A stretch of DNA of 36,528 nucleotides from Candidatus Bathyarchaeota archaeon. Lineage in GTDB: Archaea > Thermoproteota > Bathyarchaeia > TCS64 > B23. Of this stretch, positions 9,588 to 18,927 are shown in pieces. The stretch covers positions 1-36,528 of the forward strand of contig JAPDJB010000052.1 of NCBI GenBank assembly GCA_029259285.1. Reading direction: 5' to 3'. Under the pieces are notes generated by a model that saw nothing but the letters and a program-made list of their open reading frames with translations, had not been told where the DNA came from and did not search any database. The translations under genes and the position numbers were made by a program. The first letter of the stretch is position 1. Each line of letters opens with the position of its first letter.

Positions 9588-12500
9588 TTAAGAGTATCGT
9601 AGAATCCTATTCGAGAATTTATATTCTCCAACCCAGAGGAAGTGGCCGTCGAACCAGACGGCTCCAGGCCAGAAGAGGCCTCTCCTGGTATAGCTTGGTG
9701 GGAGGTCGGGTTCAAAGCTGTCCTGCCCTAACACCACATCCGGCTCCTCATCCCCCCTCTCAGGCAGCTTCTCCCATATCAGCACCCTGAAGACGGTGTC
9801 GGCTACGAAGAGCCTGTGATCATCGATGAAGACGTCTTCGGGGAGGTTGAAGTGGTATTGGAGCTCCATCATCTTGGCTTCCTCATCCATCAGGGAGTCG
9901 ACGTCTATGAGGAGGACTCTGCTTCCGCAGATGGCTGCGAGCCTCTCACCGTTGCTGTGGATGCTTCTGAACTCCTCTTCGAGGGTCAGCGTCTTTACAG
10001 GCTTCGAGTCTGGGGTGAAGGGCTGCCTGAAGATGTAGAGCGCTCCCCCCGCTATGAGATAGGCATAGTTGTCGTCGAGGGCTATGTCTCTCGCCTCGGA
10101 TAGGTCTATTCCGGCTAACTCCCTTGTGATGAGGGTTTCAGGCTTCTCTCCCCTCGTTATGTTTCTCCAGATGGCGAGTCCTCCCCCCTCTCCCCCTCTG
10201 CCGACGACGTATAGCTTATCCCCATATAGGTCTCCACCGGTGGGCTCGAAGGAGAGTTCATAGATGATGTCTGGCTTAGCTCCACTCTCATCCGGCATCC
10301 TCCTCCACACCATCACCCTCCCGTTATATCCAGCGAGGAGGATGAGGCTATGTCCATCGCTGATGGGCTTCCCGCCGTCGGTGAAGTAGTAGGTGTCGGT
10401 GAAGGGGTTCTTCATCACATCATCCGATCCTATGGCGAAGTCCGGCTCCCTATCCTCAGGTCTGCCAAAGTATCCGACAATTCTGCCTCCATTGTAGAGG
10501 GAGATGTAGGTGACCTGTAGGGTTCCATTATCGACGTAGACGGCTCCAGAGCCATCTCCATCCTCGAGGAATAGGTCTCTGAAGAAGGTGGCGCCTCTCC
10601 CCTCCAGCTCATAGAGGTCGAGGTCCCCCCTCAGGGATTTGAAGTTCTCTATGTAGAGGGGCTGGTTGTTGGCTATGGCGAAGAGATCTTCGCCTATGAC
10701 CTCCGAGCACCATAGGACCTTTCCTCCGATGTAGGCGTCGTAGGGTTCATCCCCCCTCTCGGGTATGCCCAGCCATAGGAAGTTTCCACCCCTCAGAGCC
10801 ATCTTTGCGTTGTGATCCCCTATTAGGAGGTAGGTCTCCCCGTCGCTCTCTATGTTCCTCGGAGTCCCGAAGTCATCGACGGAGAGGATGAGGTCTGGGG
10901 GCTGATTATTCTCCGTGGGGAAGCTGTTCCAGATGAGGATGCTTCTACCCATGGTGCTCGCCACTATCAATCGCTTACCATCGGTCCAGACGTCCCATGG
11001 CCAGGCGATGGAGCCGGCCCTCCACTCATCGAAGCTGTCCTGCCCCAGAACCATATCGGCTGGCGTCCCGTTTCGCTCTGGGAACCGATTCCAGATGAGA
11101 ACCCTGTTATTGTAGGTGTCGGCGACGATGATGTGCTCCCCATCGGTGGCGACGCTGACGGGCCACCTCAACCTACTCATCGAGGTTCCAGGGGCGTTGG
11201 CCTCGAAGTTTGGCTGACCCAATACGACGTCTGGAGGCTCGTTCCCCGTCGGTAGATGATTCCAGATGAGTATTCGGTTGTTCCTCGTATCAGCCAGGAG
11301 TAGATGCCTACCATCGCTCGCTATATCCATGGGATGATTGAAGCAGAGGGGGCCTCCGGAGTAGTTGAAGTTGAACCAGCTTAGGACTATGTCAGCCTCC
11401 TGACCGGTCTCGAAGACTCCGTCTCCAAGTCTCTCAGCCGCCTTATACTTTGAGCCTGTGAAGATGATGTTGACTCTCCCCTCTCCCTTCGGCGGCTTCT
11501 CCTCCTCTAAGGGCTTCTCAGATTCCTCGATGGGAGGCGGTGGGAGGTCTGAGATGTATATGAGGCCCTCGACATGCTTCCCCTTCAACTCTATGGGTTT
11601 GCCCTCCACGTCGAAGATGTTCATCTCCCCGATTCTCTCCAGAGCCTCATCGGGGATGGCGGCGTCTTTCACAACGTAGGTGACGCCATACTTCCCAGTG
11701 AATTTGAGACATCCCTCATCCATCCTCTCAACCTCATCATAGTAGCTGAGGGTGTGTATCAGCGTCTTCAGGGCGTTGTATCCCTCACCCTCCATCGCCT
11801 CCTCTCCTGGGCAGAGTATGATCCTCTCCGCACCCGATCCCAGGGCCTCGACGATGCCCCAGACGGCGCTCTCAGCCTCAACGTAGTGGGTGCCGAGGGT
11901 CTCCAGCATGAACTCGGTCTCCGTTATCCATATCGGCTTTTCGACGCCGTGGGATGATAGGAACCTCTTGAACTCTTCGAGGTTGTAGAGCCAGTGTATG
12001 TTGGCTATGTCGAAGTATTCTGCGCCTCCGAGTTCGAAGACCTTTGAATAAAACTCCTTACACTCTTTGCCTATCGTCATGTCGGCGATGCCTGCGTTGA
12101 GTATCTTCGCCTCTGGATCAGCCTCCCTTATCGCCTCTGCGGTGACTCTAAGTATCTCGAAGTATTCCTCAGCCGTCCCGTCGAAGAATCCGAAGACCTC
12201 CCCATGCTCTCCCCAGGGCCTTGGAACAACCTCATTCATCACCTCCCAATACTTCACCGGCTGAGTCAGCCCAGGCATGTCATCTACGCCGTCTCCGTCG
12301 TAACGCTCTACGAGGGCCTTGACGAACTCCCTGTAGGCTTCGAGGTTGTGTGGAGCCTTCTCCCCGTATTTCCCATATCCCTCAACCTGATCCCACTCTG
12401 CGTAGGGGAAGATCATTCCAATCGGTATCCTGCCATTCTCACCGCACCATCTCACCCAGCCGTCGGGTTCACTCCAGTCGTATTCCCCCCTCTCCCTCTC

Positions 12501-15278
12501 GACGACGCCCCATCTGAAGGGGGTGTCCCCAGGCCCTGCAGGCCTATCCCAGACGGCTCCCAGCTCCAGCGTCCTTGGATCCTTCATCAGGTATTGCTGT
12601 AGGATTCCGAATCGTGAGTTCTCAAGCCTATAACCCTCCAACGGCTTCAGGGGCGCTCCAACTTTACCCTCCTCTTCCTTGGGCTTCCCCTCCTTCTTCT
12701 CCCCTGGAGGTGGTAGGGCTATCCCCGCCGGAGCCTTCTTAACCCTCTCAGCTATACGGCTGCTCACAGTGATGTAGATGGGCTCTTCTGAGACCTCAAC
12801 CTCGGAGGTGTCCCTCTCCTCCACCTCGCCGTATATGTGGATGACGTAGATGGTGCCTGAGAGCTCCTCTGGTAGGGTTGCAGGGCTCCAGACGACGTAG
12901 ATAGTCTCTCCGCCTACGTCGAATCTGTATAGGCCCTCGCTAAGCCTCTCGACGGAGTTGAAGTCTCCGAGGATGTAGGCCATCACGACGCCTGGGTCGT
13001 GGTCGAAGAAGAGAACCTCAGCCCCCTCGGCGAAGGCCCTTATGGCCGCCTTGACGAAGGCTATGTCATCTTCCCTCGTCATATCAGGCTTCGGGCCGAC
13101 CTCCGTCACCCAGATGGGCTTCTCAAGGCCATACTCCTTTAGGAGGGCCTTCAACTCGCCGACGTTGAAGTCATCCATCTCGTCGCCGTAGCTGTGGACC
13201 GCTGCGATGTCGAAGTATTCTCCGCCTCCAAGCTCCAAGACCTCCCTCAGGAACTCCTCGGCCCCCTTCCCCTGGAGGGTTGCGAGGCCTCCGATGATGA
13301 CCACAGCCTCTGGATCAGCTTCCTTTACAGCCTCATAGGTGGCCTTTAGAAGCTCATAGTAGTCTGAGCCGCCTCCCTGGAAGAAGCATTTAATCCTACC
13401 ATCCTCCTCAACCGACTGAGACTCAGGCTCATTTAGGACTTCCCAATACTTGATGGGCCTCTCCAATCCAGGCATATCATCTATGCCGTCTCCATCATAT
13501 CGCTCAACGAGGCCTCTGACAAACGCCTTATAGGCCTCCATGTCATGGGGCTTGAACCTCGTTGAGGGGAGGACCTCTGCGAAGGGGCCGTCGCCTGTAG
13601 CCATTCCATATCCCTCCACCCCCTTATAGGCCTCCTCATCCCACTCGGCGTAGGGCCAGATGGTGGCCACCACCTCGGCCCCCTTCTCCAAAGCCCTCCG
13701 CACCCCCTCGTCGACGGTGGAGAAGTCATATTCACCTCGCCTTGGTTCGATGAAGAGGCGGTTGAAGGGGCCTGGATGCGGCTTCATCCAGCCGTATCCG
13801 ACGACGTAGGCATACTCGTCATGCTTATGCCCCCAGCAGCCGAAGTGGATGGCCCAGGCCCCCTCAACCCCCTTCTCCGCAGCCCCTGCGGCGACCTTTC
13901 CAGCTGGGGCGATCTCCCCCAGCCTCGACTGGAGCTCTTCCAGCTCCTCGGGGCTTCCCACGACGAGGTAGTATGGCCCCTCCTCTGGGCGGAGCTCCTC
14001 CACCCTCACCATCTCGGCTTCTCCAAGCATGGTGACCTTCAAGGCCTCGCCGCTCAGGGTCTTGGGGGCCTCACCCCAGAGGAGGTAGATGGTGAGGTCC
14101 CCAGCTCTGAACCTATAGGTTTGGGGGTCGAGTCTCTCGGCTTCGTCGAAGTTTCCCAGGAGTATCACCATCGTCTTCACGGCGTAGTAGGAGGGCTTGA
14201 GGCTTCCATCGAAGTCTATGAGGCTCCCCACGATCAGGTCTTCAGGCATTCCTGGCTCAGCCTTATAGGCTGTGAGGAAGATCCTCTCAACCCCCTCGGC
14301 GAAGACCTTAGCGGCCTCCACGTAGAGCTCCGCCTTCTCGGCTGAGAATTCGGTGACCCAGATGGGTTTACCTTTTATGTATTCGCCGAAGCTCTCCCTG
14401 AGGAGGGGTATGGACTCGGCGAGCATCTTTGAGAGGGCGTGGAAGTTGAGGATGTCGATATACTCGGCTCCACCGAGTTCGAAGACTCTCCCCCAGAACT
14501 TGTAGAAGGGGTCATCAGGGGGTGGGAGGGGGATCATCCCCCCATTTAGAACCTTAGCCTCCGGATCGGCCTCCTTAACGGCCTCATAGGTGGCCTTGAG
14601 AATTTCGAAGTAATCTTCGGCGTCGCCCATGAAGAAGGCCTTCGCCTTATCACGCATCTTCGCCTTGACGCCCGTCGAGGGCTCGTTTAGGACTTCCCAA
14701 TACTTGATGGGCCTCTCCAATCCAGGCATATCGTCGACTCCATCTCCATCATAGCGCTCGACGAGAGTCCTGATGAATCTCTTGTAGGCTTCCATGTCAT
14801 AGGGCTTATAGCGGCTTCTCGGGAGCTCTGGGAAATCCTCCATGACGAATCTCTCTACGTCTCCCCATCTCTCCTGATCCCAGTTGGCATAGGGCCAGAT
14901 GGTGGCGAGGATGTTGAGATCCATTTCCTGAGCCCTCTTCACCACCTCATCGGCCTCTGAGAAGTCGTATCTCCCCTCTTCAGGCTCGATGTGGCCCCAG
15001 ATGAAGGGGCCTGGATGGGGGCGAACCCATCCAAGATTTAGGTCTTCGAGGGCCTCCTCGTCGAAGCAGACGAAGCCGAATCTATCTCCTCCAATCCCCT
15101 TAGGCTTCTCCTCGACGATGGGCTTCTCCCCCGCCTTGCTTGGCTTCTCCGCGGGCTTCTCCTCTATCTCCCCTGTTGGAGGCCTGATGATATTTTTCGT
15201 GTAGAGGATGAGCAGGGTGGAGGCGATGAGAACTGCGATGAGGATGAGGACGGCGACCCTATGGATGGCGCCTCTCAT
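9588..15278 (-). CDS. Giant membrane-anchored protein: three tandem clan GH-A (GH39/GH5-like) glycoside hydrolase modules plus C-terminal NHL-like beta-propeller region
   Basis: N-terminal TM. Three copies of LVERYDGDGxDDMPGLxxPxKYWEVxNE and KPIWxTE. P/E/K-rich linkers. C-terminal repeats of ADTxNNRxLIWN and PDxVLGQxxF. Confidence 0.8.
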   Translation of the reverse strand: MRGAIHRVAVLILIAVLIASTLLILYTKNIIRPPTGEIEEKPAEKPSKAGEKPIVEEKPKGIGGDRFGFVCFDEEALEDLNLGWVRPHPGPFIWGHIEPEEGRYDFSEADEVVKRAQEMDLNILATIWPYANWDQERWGDVERFVMEDFPELPRSRYKPYDMEAYKRFIRTLVERYDGDGVDDMPGLERPIKYWEVLNEPSTGVKAKMRDKAKAFFMGDAEDYFEILKATYEAVKEADPEAKVLNGGMIPLPPPDDPFYKFWGRVFELGGAEYIDILNFHALSKMLAESIPLLRESFGEYIKGKPIWVTEFSAEKAELYVEAAKVFAEGVERIFLTAYKAEPGMPEDLIVGSLIDFDGSLKPSYYAVKTMVILLGNFDEAERLDPQTYRFRAGDLTIYLLWGEAPKTLSGEALKVTMLGEAEMVRVEELRPEEGPYYLVVGSPEELEELQSRLGEIAPAGKVAAGAAEKGVEGAWAIHFGCWGHKHDEYAYVVGYGWMKPHPGPFNRLFIEPRRGEYDFSTVDEGVRRALEKGAEVVATIWPYAEWDEEAYKGVEGYGMATGDGPFAEVLPSTRFKPHDMEAYKAFVRGLVERYDGDGIDDMPGLERPIKYWEVLNEPESQSVEEDGRIKCFFQGGGSDYYELLKATYEAVKEADPEAVVIIGGLATLQGKGAEEFLREVLELGGGEYFDIAAVHSYGDEMDDFNVGELKALLKEYGLEKPIWVTEVGPKPDMTREDDIAFVKAAIRAFAEGAEVLFFDHDPGVVMAYILGDFNSVERLSEGLYRFDVGGETIYVVWSPATLPEELSGTIYVIHIYGEVEERDTSEVEVSEEPIYITVSSRIAERVKKAPAGIALPPPGEKKEGKPKEEEGKVGAPLKPLEGYRLENSRFGILQQYLMKDPRTLELGAVWDRPAGPGDTPFRWGVVERERGEYDWSEPDGWVRWCGENGRIPIGMIFPYAEWDQVEGYGKYGEKAPHNLEAYREFVKALVERYDGDGVDDMPGLTQPVKYWEVMNEVVPRPWGEHGEVFGFFDGTAEEYFEILRVTAEAIREADPEAKILNAGIADMTIGKECKEFYSKVFELGGAEYFDIANIHWLYNLEEFKRFLSSHGVEKPIWITETEFMLETLGTHYVEAESAVWGIVEALGSGAERIILCPGEEAMEGEGYNALKTLIHTLSYYDEVERMDEGCLKFTGKYGVTYVVKDAAIPDEALERIGEMNIFDVEGKPIELKGKHVEGLIYISDLPPPPIEESEKPLEEEKPPKGEGRVNIIFTGSKYKAAERLGDGVFETGQEADIVLSWFNFNYSGGPLCFNHPMDIASDGRHLLLADTRNNRILIWNHLPTGNEPPDVVLGQPNFEANAPGTSMSRLRWPVSVATDGEHIIVADTYNNRVLIWNRFPERNGTPADMVLGQDSFDEWRAGSIAWPWDVWTDGKRLIVASTMGRSILIWNSFPTENNQPPDLILSVDDFGTPRNIESDGETYLLIGDHNAKMALRGGNFLWLGIPERGDEPYDAYIGGKVLWCSEVIGEDLFAIANNQPLYIENFKSLRGDLDLYELEGRGATFFRDLFLEDGDGSGAVYVDNGTLQVTYISLYNGGRIVGYFGRPEDREPDFAIGSDDVMKNPFTDTYYFTDGGKPISDGHSLILLAGYNGRVMVWRRMPDESGAKPDIIYELSFEPTGGDLYGDKLYVVGRGGEGGGLAIWRNITRGEKPETLITRELAGIDLSEARDIALDDNYAYLIAGGALYIFRQPFTPDSKPVKTLTLEEEFRSIHSNGERLAAICGSRVLLIDVDSLMDEEAKMMELQYHFNLPEDVFIDDHRLFVADTVFRVLIWEKLPERGDEEPDVVLGQDSFEPDLPPSYTRRGLFWPGAVWFDGHFLWVGEYKFSNRILRYS
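13432..13478. repeat. 47-bp exact direct repeat, copy in GH module 2
   Basis: TTTAGGACTTCCCAATACTTGATGGGCCTCTCCAATCCAGGCATATC is identical to 14686-14732. Confidence 0.9.
14686..14732. repeat. 47-bp exact direct repeat, copy in GH module 1
   Basis: Identical to 13432-13478; encodes DMPGLERPIKYWEVL. Confidence 0.9.
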
Positions 15279-15318
15279 CTCCTCCTCTAAGCTTCACCCA
15301 TCATTATGAGCCTTTTGC

Positions 15319-16302
15319 TCACCACCACTTCATGCTTAGTGCATACTTCGATGTATCCTCATCCTCAAGGGGTTTACGGAAGATGAAGAGGTGTTCATGG
15401 CTTATCAATAGGAAGTCCGTCCAGCGTCTCCGGCCTTTAGGCCGCTCGACCCAGCATTCCTCCGCAGCCTTAACCAGCCCCATCCACTTCTCCCTGCTCC
15501 GCTTCATACGCCACTGACATTTGATGACATTCTCCCTGAGGATGAAGCCTGCGTCGAGGAATTGCTGCATAACCCTGAAGGCTATGGGGACGTAATGCCT
15601 ATGCCTCCTGGTGTCGCCGATGAGGATGGCGCAGAATCTTCCAGGCTTCAACACCCTATAGCTCTCAGCCGCTATCCTCCTCATCGCCTCCAGATACTCC
15701 TCCAGATTCGAGGCCTTTGAGAGGTCTCCACGGCTTCCACCCTTGGAGTAGGGTATTATGTCTATGTAGGGTGGATGGGTGGCTATGAGGTCTATGCACT
15801 CATCCTCTATGAGGTCTAGATTTCTCGCGTCGCCTTGATATACCCTGATCTCAGGCTCCTCCCCGCCCTGGGGGCTGTAGGCGAAGTTCAATCGGTCTAG
15901 GGTGAGCATGAGGGCCTCATAGTTTATGTCAACCCCTATGGCGTTTCTACCGAGGAGCTTACACTCTATGAGGGTGGTTCCACCCCCACACATCTGATCC
16001 AGCACCCATTCACCTAGCCTACTGTATCTGATGAGGAGATTCCTAACCAACTGTGGAGGCCAATTCCCACGGTAATCGCCCCTATGAGTAGCCCATCTAC
16101 CCCTAGTGGGGAAGGACCACACCGTCGTGGTTTCAAGGGAGAAATCCCTAGGCTGGTATTCATCGATCTCATGGCTCGATCCGATTTTGATCATAGAATC
16201 CTCGATCGAGATTGAACCATGATTCTTTACGAATTCATGGTATTCCTCTTTTGTTATAAGCCTCATGGAGATGTAGCTCGATCCCTTATTATCAGACATC
16301 AA
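15319..16302 (-). CDS. SAM-dependent amino (N4-C/N6-A type) methyltransferase, orphan
   Basis: Motif I VLDQMCGGGTT precedes motif IV ATHPPY; also AILIGD and HEHLFIFRK. The start may be the ATG at 16266. Confidence 0.85.
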   Translation of the reverse strand: MMSDNKGSSYISMRLITKEEYHEFVKNHGSISIEDSMIKIGSSHEIDEYQPRDFSLETTTVWSFPTRGRWATHRGDYRGNWPPQLVRNLLIRYSRLGEWVLDQMCGGGTTLIECKLLGRNAIGVDINYEALMLTLDRLNFAYSPQGGEEPEIRVYQGDARNLDLIEDECIDLIATHPPYIDIIPYSKGGSRGDLSKASNLEEYLEAMRRIAAESYRVLKPGRFCAILIGDTRRHRHYVPIAFRVMQQFLDAGFILRENVIKCQWRMKRSREKWMGLVKAAEECWVERPKGRRRWTDFLLISHEHLFIFRKPLEDEDTSKYALSMKWW

Positions 16303-16308
16303 TATGCA

Positions 16309-17925
16309 CTATGATTTATGATCTTTAAATCTATCCTCGAGAAATTCCCTCAATCTCCTCAGCGATGCTTCTCCATAAGGGTTAGAGACCTCTAAAACCC
16401 AAATCCTCTTTCCAAGGCTGTCGCAGATCTCCCTGCAGCATCTCTCGATGAGGATGTCGAGGTCTGTAGACCCCCTGTAGAGGATGACGCTCTCATAGGG
16501 TTTCTCCTCCATGTATCTCGCCGTCTCCTCAGCCGTCCACCTCATCATCTCTGGGTCTAGAGGCTCTGCGACCTCGATCTGGGAGAGGGGGTAGGTCTCC
16601 GACAGCTCTGGGGGGACGACGCCGAAGGGTGGGGCATAGAAGCATATATGGAGCTCCTCAAAGCCCATCAGATGTTCTCTAAGCCTCCTATAGTCGCTGG
16701 ATCGTATGTAGGGTCTCTCCCTTGGAGCTGGGGCTAAGAGTAGTATTGAAGCCCTCCTCGGTGGGTTATAATTTATGGTCATCCTCCTCCTATGCCTCAT
16801 GATCTCAGGTCTGGAGAGGTCGTAGTGGTCGAAGTAGAAGAGTCCCCTCAACTTATGCGTTGGACTCCACCGCTCCAGGGCTTCACGGTATTCGGTCAGC
16901 CTCCTAAAGGCTGAGGTCAGGGCTGGATGACCCCTACTCCTCGCCTCGAGGAGCTCCCATAGCCCTCCCTCCGAGATGGCCTGTTTCACGGTTTCAACCT
17001 CAGCCATACAGACGTAGAGGTTGTGCTCCGCCAGCAGCCTCTCCCGCTCAAACTTCAGCATCTCCCTCAACTCATCGGCATCATATCGACGACATATTGG
17101 ACAGGGGCAGGGTAGATACCTCAACTCATCGAGCTTCATCGTCCCCCTCGGCGTCAGGTATCGATCTTCTCTCGCGTAGAGGGCGTAGGCGGCTGAGTCG
17201 AATATGTCGCAGCCCATGGCTACGGCGAGGGCGAAGATCATCGGATGTCCAGCTCCGAAGAGGTGGAGGGGTCTGTTCACCGGTAGGTTCAGCTTCGCCG
17301 TCATCACCATGTCCACGAGGGTTGAGAAGAGATATTGCTCCATCACCTTCGTCGGGCTGCCGAGGGCGTAGATGTCGTAGGGGAGCTGACTCATGCTCTT
17401 GGCTGACCACTCAACGAGGTCTAGGTGATTTCCCCCCTGGACGGGGCCAACCCATAGGGCGTCGCTCTCAGCGATAAGGGGAAGCGCATCTTCCGCTCTC
17501 CTCAGGGTCTCCCTCACCGTCCATTCAGCCCTCTTCCTGGAGGTCTCCCAGCCGGTTGGGATGTCGAGTATCACAGCTATATCAGACCCTATACGCTTCT
17601 GGAACTCGACGATCTCGAGGGGGTCAGCCTCCACTTCGCCGTATACGAGTATCTGATATCCTCCCGAATCGGTGGCGATGACGCCGTCATAGTCTAGCAG
17701 CCTATGAACCTCCAGGTCTGGCTGGTCGCCGAGCCGTCTCTTTATGATGTAGGCGTTCGTTATGAGGGCCTTACAGTCGAACTCTTCGAGCATCCTCCTC
17801 GGCGGTATCGGCTGGGTTAGGGGGTTGACGACGGGGAGGAAGAGGGGTGTCTCAACTACGCCTCTCCTCGTCTTCAATCTTCCTATCCTGCCGAGGATGT
17901 CTCTGTCGACGACCTCAAATGACAT
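16309..17925 (-). CDS. tgtA: Archaeal tRNA-guanine(15) transglycosylase (archaeosine pathway)
   Basis: GRIGRL...ETP, TDSGGYQ, GPVQGG, HLFGAGHP, DIFDSAAY and Zn site CPCPIC...HN. ATG 17925 is preferred over the ORF start at 17949. Confidence 0.93.
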   Translation of the reverse strand: MSFEVVDRDILGRIGRLKTRRGVVETPLFLPVVNPLTQPIPPRRMLEEFDCKALITNAYIIKRRLGDQPDLEVHRLLDYDGVIATDSGGYQILVYGEVEADPLEIVEFQKRIGSDIAVILDIPTGWETSRKRAEWTVRETLRRAEDALPLIAESDALWVGPVQGGNHLDLVEWSAKSMSQLPYDIYALGSPTKVMEQYLFSTLVDMVMTAKLNLPVNRPLHLFGAGHPMIFALAVAMGCDIFDSAAYALYAREDRYLTPRGTMKLDELRYLPCPCPICRRYDADELREMLKFERERLLAEHNLYVCMAEVETVKQAISEGGLWELLEARSRGHPALTSAFRRLTEYREALERWSPTHKLRGLFYFDHYDLSRPEIMRHRRRMTINYNPPRRASILLLAPAPRERPYIRSSDYRRLREHLMGFEELHICFYAPPFGVVPPELSETYPLSQIEVAEPLDPEMMRWTAEETARYMEEKPYESVILYRGSTDLDILIERCCREICDSLGKRIWVLEVSNPYGEASLRRLREFLEDRFKDHKS

Positions 17926-17983
17926 CTTCCCCGATGAGATATTCCTCAACCTATATTCACTTTATGTCAAAAGAAGGGTGGGT

Positions 17984-18403
17984 TTACTTCATCTCCCTTA
18001 TGAACTCCTCATAGACCCTTCTAACCCTCTCGGCGGCTGGCCCAGTTCCCTCGACTACCCCCGTCTCGTCAACCCTGATCTTATCCATGACGACGATGAC
18101 TCCAGCCTCTGGGAAGAGCCTCACCATGTTTGGAAACACTCTCTCCAGACGCTCGGCTAAGGCCTCAAGGTTGAAGGGGCGCTCCGAGGCGAGTATCCTT
18201 GAGATGGTTGGGCCGTAGATGAAGACCCTGTGGAGGCTCTCCCCCCGCTCACCCTTCACGTCTCCTAGGCAGAGGCTGAGGGTGTTGGTGTCGAAGCCCA
18301 GCAGTTTCCCCTCCAAAACTCTTCCCTTAACATCCTCAACCTGCACAACCCTATTGATGAGGTGTCCCAGCTCCTCGAAGAACCTCCTGCTCGCCACCGC
18401 CAT
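17984..18403 (-). CDS. Lsm family RNA-binding protein, SmAP3-type (Sm domain plus C-terminal domain)
   Basis: Sm1 (GKLLGFDxNxxxLxL) and Sm2 (VFIxG) motifs, plus a C-terminal extension (LERVFP...VDETGVVEGTGPAAERV). Confidence 0.85.
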   Translation of the reverse strand: MAVASRRFFEELGHLINRVVQVEDVKGRVLEGKLLGFDTNTLSLCLGDVKGERGESLHRVFIYGPTISRILASERPFNLEALAERLERVFPNMVRLFPEAGVIVVMDKIRVDETGVVEGTGPAAERVRRVYEEFIREMK

Positions 18404-18434
18404 CTTCGATCCCAGATGAGATTTAGAGGCGAGC

Positions 18435-18442
18435 TATAAAAA
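18435..18442 (-). promoter_or_regulatory. TATA box upstream of the Lsm gene
   Basis: TTTTTATA on the minus strand about 32 nt upstream of ATG 18403. Confidence 0.55.
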
Positions 18443-18450
18443 GGGGTTCT

Positions 18451-18684
18451 TTAAATGCTCTCCAATAGGCTCTTAGCCGTCTCAGTGGTGTAGTATTTAC
18501 CGTCGGCGAAGGCTAGCGCCTTCACCAGTTTCAAGTCCCTCAATACGTCGAAGAGGCGTTCCTGCTTAACCCCCGCCTTCCTTAGTTCTCTCCAATCCCT
18601 CGGCTCACAGCAGAAGGATAGTAGCTTTCTGTAATCCTCGTTTTCGAGATATCTTCTCAGCTGGGCGAGTTCCTCTTCATTCAT
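18451..18684 (-). CDS. Small hypothetical protein, probable winged-helix fold
   Basis: Co-oriented 77-aa ORF. Helix-helix-helix followed by a DGKYYTT wing pattern. Confidence 0.6.
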   Translation of the reverse strand: MNEEELAQLRRYLENEDYRKLLSFCCEPRDWRELRKAGVKQERLFDVLRDLKLVKALAFADGKYYTTETAKSLLESI

Positions 18685-18702
18685 GTTTTGACACTGAAAC
18701 CT

Positions 18703-18927
18703 TCAGTTTATCTTATGTCTCTTATATTTATTTCGATCTTTACCCCCCTCTCTCCTCTTAAGCTCCTGTATGATGGTGACGGCATCTCTAGGCGTATATG
18801 CCCTCGCTAATGGTATAAGCGCCGTAATTTTCATTCTTTTTCCACAATGGGGACATGTTCTGGTCTTGTACCTCGTGTTGGCTAATAATAGCCCGCCACA
18901 TTTTGGACATCTAACGATGAGATACAT
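18703..18927 (-). CDS. Zinc-ribbon protein (DUF1922-like)
   Basis: MYLIVRCPKCG...TRTCPHCGKR; overlaps the kinase stop. Confidence 0.75.
   Translation of the reverse strand: MYLIVRCPKCGGLLLANTRYKTRTCPHCGKRMKITALIPLARAYTPRDAVTIIQELKRREGGKDRNKYKRHKIN

Noticed and set aside
12241-14765. Repeats in the giant gene as a CRISPR array or DGR template/variable repeat
   Set aside because: They are in-frame coding repeats about 1.2 kb apart. There is no spacer periodicity, no adenine-specific mismatch pattern, and no cas or reverse transcriptase gene.
2403-16302. PLD nuclease plus methyltransferase as a restriction-modification system
   Set aside because: The genes are 12 kb apart, and the PLD protein is membrane-anchored with no DNA-recognition or helicase domain.
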